Position numbers and translations under genes: made by a program. Below the pieces are notes generated by a model. The model did no database searches and was not told the DNA's origin. It saw only the letters and a list, made by a program, of their open reading frames with translations. This document shows, one piece after another, positions 10,209-20,288 of a DNA stretch of 64,000 nt; positions within the stretch are counted from its first letter, which is position 1, and each line of letters starts with the position of its first letter. Origin of the DNA: Deltaproteobacteria bacterium (lineage in GTDB: Bacteria > Bdellovibrionota > UBA1018 > UBA923); NCBI GenBank assembly GCA_016186905.1, contig JACPKS010000001.1:2804-66803 (forward strand), given 5' to 3'.

Positions 10209-11574
10209 AGTGACGCAAAAAGGGCGGATCGTACGTGAGCCGCAATCCGCGGATCGCGGTTTTACGGGCGACGAGCGCGCTCATTCCTTCCAATATGTAG
10301 TCGAAGTGGCTTTGCGTATACACGCGCCTTGGAAACGCCAGCCGCACGAGCTCCATCGCCGCCGGCCTGAACGCCCCATCCACGAATGCGCCGAACATCG
10401 CCGAACCGATCTCGCAGGAGCGCACGCCTTCCAGGCGGTACAACTCGCACACGAGAGCCTGCCCCGGAAATCGCCCGGGCGGAATGTGGGGAAGAAACGC
10501 CTTGGCGTCGATGTAGACCGCGTGCCCGCCCGGCGGCTGCATGGTTTGGATGCCGGCGCGATTCAGGCCATCGGCCATGTATTTCGAAACCGCGATGCGG
10601 TATTCGAGATAATCCTCATCCAGCACTTCCTTAAGCCCGACCGCGAGCGCTTCGAGATCGCGCGCCGCGAGCCCTCCGTAAGTGGGAAAGCCTTCCGTGA
10701 GGATGAGCTGATTGCGGAGATTTGAAAGCCACTCGTCGCTTTTGAGCGCGATGAACCCGCCGATGTTCACGAGCCCGTCTTTCTTGGCGCTCATCAGGCA
10801 GCCGTCGGCGAGGTCGAAAAACCCGCGCGCGATGTCGCGAACCCGCGCCGCGGCGAACCCCTCTTCGCGCAGCTTGATGAAATACGCGTTCTCGGCGAAG
10901 CGGCAGGCGTCGAGCATGAACGGAATCCCGTGGCGGCGGTAGATTTTCGACGCGCTCTCGATGTTCGCAAGCGAAACGGGCTGCCCGCCGCCGGTGTTAT
11001 TCGTGATCGTCAGCATCCCGAAAGGAATGCGGCCGCGGTTTTCGGCGCAAAACGCATCAAGTCGCGCGAGATCGACGTTTCCCTTAAAGGGATGCCGGCT
11101 CTCGGGATCGCGCCCCTCGTCGATGACGAGATCGACCGCCTCCCCGCCCATGTGTTCGATATTCGCTCGCGTGGTATCGAAATGGTTGTTCGACGGGATT
11201 TTCATGCCGGGCTTCACGAGCAGCGAGAACAGCAGCCGCTCGGCGGCCCGGCCTTGATGCGTCGGGATCACGAACGGATACCCGGTCACCTCGCGCACGA
11301 CCTTTTCGAAGCGCTGAAAGCTGCGAGAGCCGGCGTAAGACTCGTCAGCGACCATCATCGCGCCCCATTGCTCGGCGCTCATCGCGGTCGTGCCGGAATC
11401 GGTGAGAAAGTCGAAAGTCACGTCGTCGGACTGAACGAGAAAAAGGTTATAGCCCGCACGCTTGAGGATGGCCTCGCGCTGCTCGAGCGTGCGACGCGAA
11501 AGCGGCTCGACGACCTTGATCTTGAACGGTTCGATGATCGTCCGGTGCGGGGCGCGATGTTTCGTTTCCGACAT
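10183..11574 (-). CDS. tnaA: tryptophanase (PLP beta-eliminating lyase)
   Basis: EPFKIKVVEP, LTDSGT, HQGR.AE, MSAKKD (PLP Lys); C-terminal LRHFTA has the His of TnaA where TPL has Phe. Confidence 0.85.
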   Translation of the reverse strand: MSETKHRAPHRTIIEPFKIKVVEPLSRRTLEQREAILKRAGYNLFLVQSDDVTFDFLTDSGTTAMSAEQWGAMMVADESYAGSRSFQRFEKVVREVTGYPFVIPTHQGRAAERLLFSLLVKPGMKIPSNNHFDTTRANIEHMGGEAVDLVIDEGRDPESRHPFKGNVDLARLDAFCAENRGRIPFGMLTITNNTGGGQPVSLANIESASKIYRRHGIPFMLDACRFAENAYFIKLREEGFAAARVRDIARGFFDLADGCLMSAKKDGLVNIGGFIALKSDEWLSNLRNQLILTEGFPTYGGLAARDLEALAVGLKEVLDEDYLEYRIAVSKYMADGLNRAGIQTMQPPGGHAVYIDAKAFLPHIPPGRFPGQALVCELYRLEGVRSCEIGSAMFGAFVDGAFRPAAMELVRLAFPRRVYTQSHFDYILEGMSALVARKTAIRGLRLTYDPPFLRHFTAQFEPV

Positions 11575-11602
11575 AGTCACTCCTAAGCTATCATTAAAGA
11601 GA

Positions 11603-13033
11603 ATGCGGGTATCCGTCAAACGCCGATCAGCCGCCGGATTTTCGACTTTTATGTTCGTCCTTTTGATGGCCGCTCGGACGATCGCAGCCGACGCGATCCC
11701 GGCGCCCCCGCGCGCGCTTGCGCGCCCCGAGATTCTCTTGGGTTGGATCGACTCGTTGGGAAACCTGAAGTACGACGCCGTCACCTCCGCGGATTGGATT
11801 TTGTCGTACAGAACCCCGAGCTCGACGATCAAGACGCCGGCGCTGAGACTCACCATCAAGAGCGGGTTTCCTCAAAGCTGGGAACCGGAACTTCTTTCGA
11901 GCGAGGGCGCGACCGTCATCTCTCCTCCCCGCAAAGGCCATACCGGCATGGTCGTCGAGCTTCGCTCCACAAGAGCGACGCTGCGGTATCGCTTCACCGA
12001 CTCAAAAGAAGACTTCCACGAGATCTCGCTTGTGATCCGGGTGGAGATGAAAAACGTCTTTACGTTCTCGACTCCCGAGTGCGAAAAGATGGGCCTGCGC
12101 CTTGCGGTTCAGCGCAACGAGGCGAAGCACCTCTATCTGGGAGTGAGTTGCATCGAAAACGCCGACTCCATCGACCTCTACTTTTTCCGTTCCGAAGACA
12201 GCAAATGGAACCCGAACATGGATATCGCGAAATCCGACCCTGAAAACAAGGCGACCGAGTTCAAGTTCCGCATCCTCATACCCAAGGAGGAGGTGATCTA
12301 TTCCAAGGCGATCCTTGCCGGAGGTACTGCCGACGAGGCCGGCGGCCTGACCGAATACGCGATCCTCTACACGCCCAAGATCCCGCCGCAGCGGTTTTAC
12401 GCCAGCGCCGGTGTCGGCCCGACCGTCTACAAGACTTACAGAGAGAGCGCCACCGGCGTAAATCTCACGCAATACAGCATGACCGGCAAGGTGAGCGCGG
12501 GATACCGGCTCATTCCCAAAGTGCTCGACGTCGCGTTCAACATGTTCGGAAACCTTTTCACGCTGTCCCACTCGCCAACCGCGTTTCCCGACGGCTCGGA
12601 GCTTCCGCCGGCCCGTTTTTACGGCATCAACGGCCGTATCGGATACCGCCTGCCGATCGATCTCGGCGCGACTGAATTTCTGTTTCTTACCGGCTGGTAC
12701 TTCTGGGGCATGACCGTCACCGCACCCAGCCCGGCGAGCACCTACGGCGTGAAACAGCTCAACGGGCCGCAGCTTTTTTTCATGGTTTCGCGAACGGCAA
12801 AGGGCCAAATCGGCTACTGGGGACACACCAAGCTCGCTTTGATCTCAGACCGGGTTCGCTTAAACGACATCAGAAACCGCGAGATCGCCATCGGCGGCGG
12901 CGTGCAACTTTCGGCGAAACAAAAAAACCCGTTCGCCCTCACTCTCGACATCGCCCATGCGCGCTTTTTCAACGACGACAACGGCATGACCCTGCTCTCG
13001 ATCAGCGTCGGCGTGCAGAAGAACATCTGGTAA
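11603..13033 (+). CDS. exported protein, probable C-terminal outer-membrane beta-barrel
   Basis: Signal-like N-terminus; amphipathic strands; terminal Trp. Confidence 0.55.
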   Translation: MRVSVKRRSAAGFSTFMFVLLMAARTIAADAIPAPPRALARPEILLGWIDSLGNLKYDAVTSADWILSYRTPSSTIKTPALRLTIKSGFPQSWEPELLSSEGATVISPPRKGHTGMVVELRSTRATLRYRFTDSKEDFHEISLVIRVEMKNVFTFSTPECEKMGLRLAVQRNEAKHLYLGVSCIENADSIDLYFFRSEDSKWNPNMDIAKSDPENKATEFKFRILIPKEEVIYSKAILAGGTADEAGGLTEYAILYTPKIPPQRFYASAGVGPTVYKTYRESATGVNLTQYSMTGKVSAGYRLIPKVLDVAFNMFGNLFTLSHSPTAFPDGSELPPARFYGINGRIGYRLPIDLGATEFLFLTGWYFWGMTVTAPSPASTYGVKQLNGPQLFFMVSRTAKGQIGYWGHTKLALISDRVRLNDIRNREIAIGGGVQLSAKQKNPFALTLDIAHARFFNDDNGMTLLSISVGVQKNIW

Positions 13034-13047
13034 GAATCGAAAAGGCG

Positions 13048-13123
13048 TGGTGCCGACTTCCGGACTCGAACCGGAGACCTACGCTTTACGAAAGCGTTGC
13101 TCTACCAACTGAGCTAAGTCGGC
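13048..13123 (-). tRNA. tRNA-Thr(CGT)
   Basis: 76-nt cloverleaf; anticodon arm ACGCT-TTCGTAA-AGCGT; encoded CCA. Confidence 0.97.
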
Positions 13124-13211
13124 TCCCGTTGCAGTTTTAGGATAAAATGCAGGCAAGCGCAAGCGCGTGGCTCCTTATTGCATCCCCTTCCAAGAGCGCC
13201 ACATCCCCGCC

Positions 13212-13260
13212 TGTGCAAATGTCAAAAATGTTCGACTTCGAACAATCTGACTTTTGCACA
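13212..13260. repeat. nested palindrome element, copy A
   Basis: TGTGCAA..GTCA..TGTTCGA-CT-TCGAACA..TGAC..TTGCACA; related copies at 29105 and 33820. Confidence 0.7.
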
Positions 13261-13335
13261 AGCGCGCATAGACCTCCTCCTCAACCCATGGTTTCATTGC
13301 CACGCCACCGCCCCTCAATTAGAATCTAGCTAACG

Positions 13336-13770
13336 ATGGGACACCGAAAAGTTCAGTGCTGGATCTTCGCCGCCGACTCGGGCCAACCCAACGACGCGCG
13401 TTGCCTGCTTCTCAAAACGAACGCCGCGCGTGGCGCCTTCTGGCAGCCGGTCACCGGAAGCGTCGAGCCCGGCGAAGGATTCTTCGAAGCCGCGTGCCGC
13501 GAACCTCTCGAAGAGACGGGCTTCGCGTTTGAAAGCCCGCCGGTCGACGTCGGCTACGATTTTGAGTTCACGTCCCGCTTCGGCGTGACCCGCGAGCGGG
13601 TTTTCGTTCTGACCGTCGCGTCCCAGCAAGATCCCCGCCTCGACCCCAAAGAGCACCAGGACTTCCAGTGGATTTCCCCCCTGCAAGCGATCGGGCTTCT
13701 GCGCTTCCCCACGAACGAGCAGGGACTCCGGCTCTCTTTCCGCTGTCTTTTCGGAAAGGACCTCGCTTGA
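13336..13770 (+). CDS. NUDIX hydrolase (NudB-like)
   Basis: FWQPVTGSVEPGE....AACREPLEETG Nudix box. Confidence 0.85.
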   Translation: MGHRKVQCWIFAADSGQPNDARCLLLKTNAARGAFWQPVTGSVEPGEGFFEAACREPLEETGFAFESPPVDVGYDFEFTSRFGVTRERVFVLTVASQQDPRLDPKEHQDFQWISPLQAIGLLRFPTNEQGLRLSFRCLFGKDLA

Positions 13771-14684
13771 ACATCGCGTGGCGCGCGGGCCTGGCGCTGA
13801 TGGTGCTTGCCACCGCCGCCGCCGCCGCGGCCGTCCTCGCGCAGAGCGCATCGGCCGCGCAAAACGCCGTCGTCACCGTAACGCGCGCGGACCTCCACGC
13901 CAGCCCAGACCCAGAGAGCGAAGTTCTCGAGTCGCGGTTTTCAGGAGCCCGCCTTCGCGTCTCGAACTTCCACAAAAACGGCTGGTATCGCGTCAGAGCC
14001 ACAAACGGCCGCTACGGCTGGATCTGGCAGGCTGACATCGCCGTCGACTTTGACCAGGCGCCCCTCGCTTCAGCAAGCATCGATCTTGCCGGAACGGCGC
14101 GTGACCGCAAACCGCGCGAGTCGCACTGGCTCTTCCTCACTCCCCGGGTCGTGGCACTGGGCCTTTCCTCCATCAACGTCGGAGGCTTTCGCGGCAACTA
14201 CACCGCCTCAATGGGCTTCTTGTTCGATCTCGCCGTCCAGCTCGACACGATGATCAAAGCCGTTGCCCGAACGGGCTACTATAGCGGCTCGCTTGGAGGG
14301 GAAATTTTCTCCGCCAGCCGCTCTGGCCTCCTGCTGCTTGGAGGAGCCGAATTCGAGCTCTCGCGGCGTCCACACTGGCATACCGGCATCAACCTTCTCG
14401 CCGGCATCGACAGCAACTCCATCACCTTAGAAGCCGCGGCGGCTGCCAATCCCAGCACCGTCTCCGCGAGCGAATCCTCGCTGCTCGGAATGCTTTCCTA
14501 CGTCGCGAAATACACTTTAAATCCAAAAACACGCTTTGCGTTGGAATTCGGGGCCTACTTCGAGCAGTCGAAATCGCGCACTCTGGAGAAAGTCGCGTTT
14601 ATGCAGCGGGCCGGCAACCCGTCGAGCCTTACGCCGCGCTTTATGGGGCCATTTGTCTCGTTCGGGGTCGAGTTCGCGCTTTAG
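13767..14684 (+). CDS. SH3-domain exported protein with probable outer-membrane barrel
   Basis: Signal peptide; GWYRVR..NGRYGWI SH3b-like motif; start position uncertain. Confidence 0.6.
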   Translation: MNIAWRAGLALMVLATAAAAAAVLAQSASAAQNAVVTVTRADLHASPDPESEVLESRFSGARLRVSNFHKNGWYRVRATNGRYGWIWQADIAVDFDQAPLASASIDLAGTARDRKPRESHWLFLTPRVVALGLSSINVGGFRGNYTASMGFLFDLAVQLDTMIKAVARTGYYSGSLGGEIFSASRSGLLLLGGAEFELSRRPHWHTGINLLAGIDSNSITLEAAAAANPSTVSASESSLLGMLSYVAKYTLNPKTRFALEFGAYFEQSKSRTLEKVAFMQRAGNPSSLTPRFMGPFVSFGVEFAL

Positions 14685-14782
14685 TCCGAAAAATCGCTCT
14701 GAGAGCCTTGACAGCAGGTTCGGTGTCCGTAAAGATCAATGACGTCAAAGCAACAAACCGCAGTACATAAGGAGAATAAAAA

Positions 14783-15055
14783 ATGAACAAAGCTCAACTC
14801 ATCGACGCAATCTCGAAGACCACGAAACTCACGAAGACGGACTGTGAGTACGTCCTCAACAATTGCCTCGACACGATCAAGAAATGCGTGAAAAAGGGCG
14901 ACGACGTGACCCTCATCGGCTTCGGCACGTTTACGCGCAGCAAGCGCAAGGCGCGCCTCGGCCGCAATCCGCAGACGGGCAAGGAAATCAAGATCCCGGC
15001 GATGACGGTTCCGAAGTTCCGCGCCGGCCGTGAGTTCAAGAATTACGTAAAGTAA
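14783..15055 (+). CDS. hup: DNA-binding protein HU
   Basis: MNKAQLIDAI...GFGTF...GRNPQTG..IKIPA..VPKF; strong RBS. Confidence 0.95.
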   Translation: MNKAQLIDAISKTTKLTKTDCEYVLNNCLDTIKKCVKKGDDVTLIGFGTFTRSKRKARLGRNPQTGKEIKIPAMTVPKFRAGREFKNYVK

Positions 15056-15079
15056 TCGCTCACGCTGTAGAAGTTCGAG

Positions 15080-15114
15080 AAAGCCCCGTTCGGTGACGGA
15101 CGGGGCTTTTTTTT
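15080..15114 (+). terminator. rho-independent terminator
   Basis: GCCCCGTTC...GGACGGGGC stem followed by T8. Confidence 0.85.
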
Positions 15115-15182
15115 GCGCCCGCGAGCCCCGATTTTTTTTACTTACAGCACGGTTTTCGCTGGAATCCGCACGCCGCGTGAAT

Positions 15183-16409
15183 ATGATCGTCGAAACCATG
15201 ACAGCTCTGGCTCTGGAGTTCGAGAACGTCACAAAACTTTTTACCGCCGACAAGAAAGTCGTCGATAAGCTCTCGTTCTCCGTCAGGGAGGGCGAGTTCT
15301 TCTCGATTCTCGGCCCGAGCGGCTGCGGAAAAACCACCTGCCTTCGCATGATCAGCGGCCTCGAAAAACCGAGCACCGGCGTGATCCGCATGAACGGCAA
15401 AGTCGTCAACGACGTTCATCCCCACAAACGCAACGTCCATATGGTTTTTCAGAAGTACGCGCTCTTTCCCCACTTGAATGTCTTCGACAACGTCGCGTTC
15501 GGCCTGCGGATGAAGAAACGCCCTGAGCGCGAGATCCGAGACCGCGTCACGCGCATGCTCAAGATGGTGAGCATGGAGGATTACGCCAAGCGCTCGATCC
15601 AGCAGCTCTCGGGCGGCGAGCAGCAGCGCGTAGCGCTCGTACGATCGCTCGTGAACGAACCGGCCATTCTTCTGCTGGATGAACCTCTCGGCGCGCTCGA
15701 TCTCAAACTTCGCGAACAGATGCAGCAGGAGCTGGCCACCATCCAAAAACAGCTTGGCACCACGTTCATCTTCGTCACGCACGACCAGTGGGAAGCGCTC
15801 ACCCTTTCTGACCGCATCGCGATCATGAACCGCGGCAAGATCGAGCAGATCGGCACGCCCGCCGAAGTCTACGAACAACCCAACACCGCGTTCGTCTCGC
15901 GCTTCGTCGGCACGACCAATCTTTTCAAAGGAAAGCTCATTGCCGCCTCAAACGGAATTTGCTCGATTCAGACCGAGGAAGCGGGCCTGCTGCACACCCG
16001 CCTTGAGGATGGCAGGCTGCCTCCGCCTGAAGGCGTGGCCGTCGGCCTCGTCGTTCGCCCCGAAAAAATCCGCATTCGCGTGACGTCGCCGTCGCATTCT
16101 CCCGCGGCTGCGTCCGCGCCGGCAAACGGCGGGGTGCTCATCGAAGTGGGATCCGGCGCCGCGATCACCGCGGCGCCCTCCGTGGCCGTCGCGCCACAGC
16201 CCTCGATCAACGTTCTTCGCGGCACGCTGCTTGAGCGCACTTATTTCGGCGCGACCACGCAGGTGCGTCTGAAGATCAACGACCAGCTCCCGCCGCTCAT
16301 CGCGCTGCTCGCCAACCAGGCGGCGACCAAAATGCCGGCGCTCAAGGTCGGCGAGCGCTACTACGCGGTCTGGGACGCCGCCGACAGCGTTCTTGTGCAA
16401 GACGCCTAA
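15183..16409 (+). CDS. potA: spermidine/putrescine ABC transporter ATPase
   Basis: [22 protein letters not shown] motifs; TOBE-type C-terminus. Confidence 0.9.
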   Translation: MIVETMTALALEFENVTKLFTADKKVVDKLSFSVREGEFFSILGPSGCGKTTCLRMISGLEKPSTGVIRMNGKVVNDVHPHKRNVHMVFQKYALFPHLNVFDNVAFGLRMKKRPEREIRDRVTRMLKMVSMEDYAKRSIQQLSGGEQQRVALVRSLVNEPAILLLDEPLGALDLKLREQMQQELATIQKQLGTTFIFVTHDQWEALTLSDRIAIMNRGKIEQIGTPAEVYEQPNTAFVSRFVGTTNLFKGKLIAASNGICSIQTEEAGLLHTRLEDGRLPPPEGVAVGLVVRPEKIRIRVTSPSHSPAAASAPANGGVLIEVGSGAAITAAPSVAVAPQPSINVLRGTLLERTYFGATTQVRLKINDQLPPLIALLANQAATKMPALKVGERYYAVWDAADSVLVQDA

Positions 16410-16418
16410 GCGACCGCG

Positions 16419-17321
16419 ATGGAACCAACCGCTTTCACCAAGCAGCAGAAAACCCCGGCCTTCATCTTTCCGAGTTTAGGCTGGTTCATTTTTTTCCTGA
16501 TCATTCCCCTGGGAATCGTCGTGGCGTTCAGCCTCATGCACAAAGGCGCGTACGGCCAGATCGAGTACCGCCTCGATCTCGGAAATTTCGCGCGGGTGTT
16601 CGAGCCGATTTACCTTAAAACCGTGTTTCGCTCGCTGCTGCTCGCGGCATTTACGGCGGGCACGTGTCTTGTTCTTGCGTATCCGCTGGCCTACCTCATG
16701 GCGCGGTCCGGAGACATGCTGAAAAAACTGATCCTCGCGCTCGTGATCGTGCCGTTCTGGACGAATTTCGTGATCCGCATCTACGCGTTGAAACTCGTTC
16801 TCGGCGAAAACGGCCTCATCAACCAGCTCCTGCGCGAGCTTCACCTCATCGCGGCTCCGCTTCAGCTCACCGACAACCTGATCGGCGTCGGTATCGGCAT
16901 GATTTATAATTACCTTCCGTTCATGGTCCTTCCCCTGTTCGTGGCGCTCGATAAACTCGATTTCACGCTGCTCGACGCCGCTTACGACCTCGGCGCCTCG
17001 CGCGTTCAGATGGCGCTGAAAGTTCTGCTGCCGCTGAGCCTTCCGGGCATCGTCACGGGCAGCATCTTCGTTTTCATCCCGGCCTTCGGCGAATTCGTCA
17101 TCCCGGATTTAATGGGCGGCTCGCAGAGCATGTACGTGGGAACCCTCATTACCGAAACGTTCTTGAAATCGCGTGACTGGCCGTTTGGCAGCGCCATGAG
17201 CACGCTGCTCGTGCTCATGGCGATGGTTTCGTTCGTCATCGTGCTCTCGCGCGCCTCGCGTGACCCCGCCGCGCGCGAAATGCGCGGCAAAAGAGCGGAG
17301 GCGGGGCCGGTCCATGTTTAA
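16419..17321 (+). CDS. potB: polyamine ABC transporter permease
   Basis: PFWTNFVIR.YA; DAAYDLGA EAA loop. Confidence 0.88.
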   Translation: MEPTAFTKQQKTPAFIFPSLGWFIFFLIIPLGIVVAFSLMHKGAYGQIEYRLDLGNFARVFEPIYLKTVFRSLLLAAFTAGTCLVLAYPLAYLMARSGDMLKKLILALVIVPFWTNFVIRIYALKLVLGENGLINQLLRELHLIAAPLQLTDNLIGVGIGMIYNYLPFMVLPLFVALDKLDFTLLDAAYDLGASRVQMALKVLLPLSLPGIVTGSIFVFIPAFGEFVIPDLMGGSQSMYVGTLITETFLKSRDWPFGSAMSTLLVLMAMVSFVIVLSRASRDPAAREMRGKRAEAGPVHV

Positions 17322-18108
17322 GACGCCGTTTAAGACCCCGCTTAAACCGCCGCGCATCCCCGGAAAAAAGCGACGCCCTTCGCTTGTGGCCTACACCACG
17401 TTCATTCTCGCCGCGCTTTATCTTCCTCTCGTCGCGCTCTCAGTGCTTTCGTTTCGCGGCGGACCGACGCTCTTCCACTGGTACGTGCGGGCGTTTAGCG
17501 ACCCGCAGCTCCTGCAGTCGCTCTGGAACAGCATCTTCATCGGCGTGGGCTCGACAATCATCTCGACCGTGCTGGGAACGATGGCGGCCCTGGGCCTTCG
17601 CAGGCCGCGCTTTCCGGGGCGCGTGGCGTTTGAGTCTCTCATTAACCTGCCGCTCGTACTTCCCGAAATCGTCATGGGGCTTTCGCTTCTCGTCTGGTTT
17701 TCGTTCTTAAAAATGACGCTGGGGCTTTTCTCGGTGATCTTGGCGCACACCACGTTTTCGGTGTCGTATGTCACCTTGATCATTCTGGCGCGAATCAAGG
17801 GGATGGACCCGCTGCTTGAAGAAGCGGCCTCCGACCTGGGCGCGACACCTTGGCGCGCGTTTTGGACCGTGACCTTCCCGCTGCTGCTGCCAGCGGTCAT
17901 CAGCGGGGCGCTTTTGTCGTTTACGCTCTCGTTCGACGACTTCCTCATCACGTTTTTCACCTCGGGCGTGGGAAGCGACACGCTTCCCATCCGCATTTAC
18001 TCAATGATGCGCTTCGGGGTGACGCCGGAAATGAACGCGATTTCGTTCTCGGTTATTTTCTTCACGCTACTGACTGTGGTAATGGTTTTCCGTCTTCGGA
18101 GGGAATAA
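17314..18108 (+). CDS. potC: polyamine ABC transporter permease
   Basis: PEIVMG, EEAASDLGA, SFDDF motifs. Confidence 0.88.
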   Translation: MFKTPFKTPLKPPRIPGKKRRPSLVAYTTFILAALYLPLVALSVLSFRGGPTLFHWYVRAFSDPQLLQSLWNSIFIGVGSTIISTVLGTMAALGLRRPRFPGRVAFESLINLPLVLPEIVMGLSLLVWFSFLKMTLGLFSVILAHTTFSVSYVTLIILARIKGMDPLLEEAASDLGATPWRAFWTVTFPLLLPAVISGALLSFTLSFDDFLITFFTSGVGSDTLPIRIYSMMRFGVTPEMNAISFSVIFFTLLTVVMVFRLRRE

Positions 18109-18110
18109 CC

Positions 18111-19172
18111 ATGCGTCGCATCCTGATTCTGTCCGCTCTGTTCACGCTCGCTGTTTCAGCGTGCACCAAGAAAACCGATTCTCAGACCGCGCCAGCCGCC
18201 GCGACAGCGCCGCGCGTGCTGCATCTCTACTGCTGGTCGAACTACTTCAGCCCGCGATTTCTCTCCGAGTTCGAAAAGAAGTCAGGTGCGAAGATCGACC
18301 TCAATTATTTTTCCTCGAATGAGGAACTGCTCGCGAAGCTTCAGGCCGGCGCCCGCGGTTACGACCTGATCGTGCCGACCGGATATCTCATCCGCGCTTT
18401 GAAATCGCTTGGCTTGATCGAGCCGCTGGGAAAGCTTGATTGGCCGGAGCTCGCGAATCTCGTGGGCATGGCAAAGGCGCCGCAGCACGACCCCACGCGC
18501 GAGTTCGCGATTCCGTATTCAAGCGGCACGACGGGGCTCGCGGTGAATCGCGCGAAGGTCAAAGCGAAGGTGGATTCGCTCGCGTGGGTTTTCGAACATC
18601 CAGAGCTGAAAGGCCAGGTGGGCATGCTCGACGACGCGCCGGTCGTGATCGGAACGGCGCTCCGGTATCTCGGCTATCATTATAATGACGCAAGTGACGA
18701 GGCGCTGGCCAAAGCCAAGGCGCTTCTCGTGAAGCAGAAGAAGTTTCTCAAGACCTATACGGCCGATCCCATGCCGATCATGGAAGCCGGCGAAATCGCC
18801 GTGACTCAGGCCTACTCGGGCGACGTATTGCAGGTGCGCCGCAAAAATCCCAATCTTGAGTTCGTGCATCCCAAAGAGGGCGGCGAGTTTTTCATGGATT
18901 ATCTCGCGATCCCCAAGGGCGCGGCATCGCCCGAGCTCGCCAAAGAATTCATGCGCTTTTCGCTCGACCGCGGGATCGCGGCCGTGCAGGTCATGCATCT
19001 GTTTTATAGTCCGGTGGTCGATATCAAGGGCCTTCCCGGCACCGAATCGCTCATCTCGAACAAGGTGATTTTCCCCGGCGAGGAAACTCTTAAGAAATTC
19101 GAGATCTTGGAAGACAACCCCGAACGCCTCGAAAAGCTGCAGCGCATCTGGACTGAGCTTAAATCGAGCTAG
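18111..19172 (+). CDS. potD: polyamine ABC substrate-binding lipoprotein
   Basis: Lipobox VSAC; SNEELLAKL..G..GYDLIVP; PKEG. Confidence 0.88.
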   Translation: MRRILILSALFTLAVSACTKKTDSQTAPAAATAPRVLHLYCWSNYFSPRFLSEFEKKSGAKIDLNYFSSNEELLAKLQAGARGYDLIVPTGYLIRALKSLGLIEPLGKLDWPELANLVGMAKAPQHDPTREFAIPYSSGTTGLAVNRAKVKAKVDSLAWVFEHPELKGQVGMLDDAPVVIGTALRYLGYHYNDASDEALAKAKALLVKQKKFLKTYTADPMPIMEAGEIAVTQAYSGDVLQVRRKNPNLEFVHPKEGGEFFMDYLAIPKGAASPELAKEFMRFSLDRGIAAVQVMHLFYSPVVDIKGLPGTESLISNKVIFPGEETLKKFEILEDNPERLEKLQRIWTELKSS

Positions 19173-19289
19173 GCTGCAATAATTAAACGGCTGCGGTTTT
19201 TGCCGCTTTACACCCGTTGGACCTGCTCTTATTCTTGGATGAGGTCTATTTATTGATCTTTTTACCGATCCAAGGAGAGGAAACAAAAA

Positions 19290-19958
19290 ATGAAAAAATT
19301 CAACTGGCTTCTCACGCTCGTTCTCGCGCTCGCGTTGAACGTAGCTTACGCAAAAGATACCACCCGCAAGGTCGCAACCGACGCTGACGCCCTCGAAAAC
19401 GAAATCATCGAGAGCAATGTCAATTATGTCCCGGAGAAGATTCAAAAATGCATCAACCGGGTCAGGGAAAGCTGCACGCTCTCCAACAACGACGTCGATC
19501 GCATCGGCAATAACGTTGTCGAGTGCAAGCAGCTCAAGAGCAAGAAGGGCACCACCGTTCAGGAGCTTTTTCTTCTCGCCGACGCCGGCAAGCTCGTCGT
19601 CGTGACGACGAAATCCGCGGCCGGCCAGACCTGCTCCCGCACGAAATATTCGCTCGGCTTCTGGAACTACATCCAGGAAATCAAAATCATCCGAAACCAC
19701 GCCTGGATGTACACGAACAATGGCCGGGTCTACTTCATGAATCCTGACGAGAGCTTCGTTGAAGTCTACAGCTCTTCCGGAAAACCCTACGCCGGCGTCA
19801 GGGACATCAAAGGGGATAGCGGCGGCCAAAACATCATCCTCATCATGAAAAACGGACAGGACGTCACAATGGACCGTGAGACGCTGGCCAAGCGCAAGAA
19901 GGTTCCCGTCGAGTTCAGCAGCGTTCCGACGAACCGCTCGCTTTTTCGCGACGAGTGA
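19290..19958 (+). CDS. secreted hypothetical protein
   Basis: AGGAG RBS, signal peptide ending AYA, four Cys, own terminator. Confidence 0.75.
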   Translation: MKKFNWLLTLVLALALNVAYAKDTTRKVATDADALENEIIESNVNYVPEKIQKCINRVRESCTLSNNDVDRIGNNVVECKQLKSKKGTTVQELFLLADAGKLVVVTTKSAAGQTCSRTKYSLGFWNYIQEIKIIRNHAWMYTNNGRVYFMNPDESFVEVYSSSGKPYAGVRDIKGDSGGQNIILIMKNGQDVTMDRETLAKRKKVPVEFSSVPTNRSLFRDE

Positions 19959-19984
19959 TCGTCCGCTGATTTAAGCGTTAATCT

Positions 19985-20019
19985 GGGCGGATCGGCGAAA
20001 GCCGGTCCGCCCTTTTTTT
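19985..20019 (+). terminator. rho-independent terminator
   Basis: GGGCGGATCGGC-GAAA-GCCGGTCCGCCC followed by T7. Confidence 0.9.
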
Positions 20020-20206
20020 CGATCTTTTTTTAACGCAGCGCTTTGCCATTAGTTAGCAGCCACCTTTTCGCTGTCTAACTCCTTTACACCTGTAAACGCG
20101 TGGCGCGGCCGAAATGGCCCTCTCAGTGCGGCTTTTCAACCATCGACCATCGCCCGGCACGCGTAACCTACCGTTATTTCTCACAAACCAACTCCCGTGG
20201 TCATTT

Positions 20207-20222
20207 TGGCACCGAACCTGCT
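20207..20222 (+). promoter_or_regulatory. sigma54 (-24/-12) promoter
   Basis: TGGCACCGAACCTGCT with GG-N10-GC spacing, upstream of 20289. Confidence 0.65.
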
Positions 20223-20288
20223 TATAGGGCCGTCGAACAGAAGCTTACTTTGAGTGACAGCGTGTGAAGAATATTTAAGGAGAAGTAT

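Noticed and set aside
16080-16205. Ala/Pro-rich insertion in PotA
   Set aside because: In-frame low-complexity loop with no intein or mobile-element signature.
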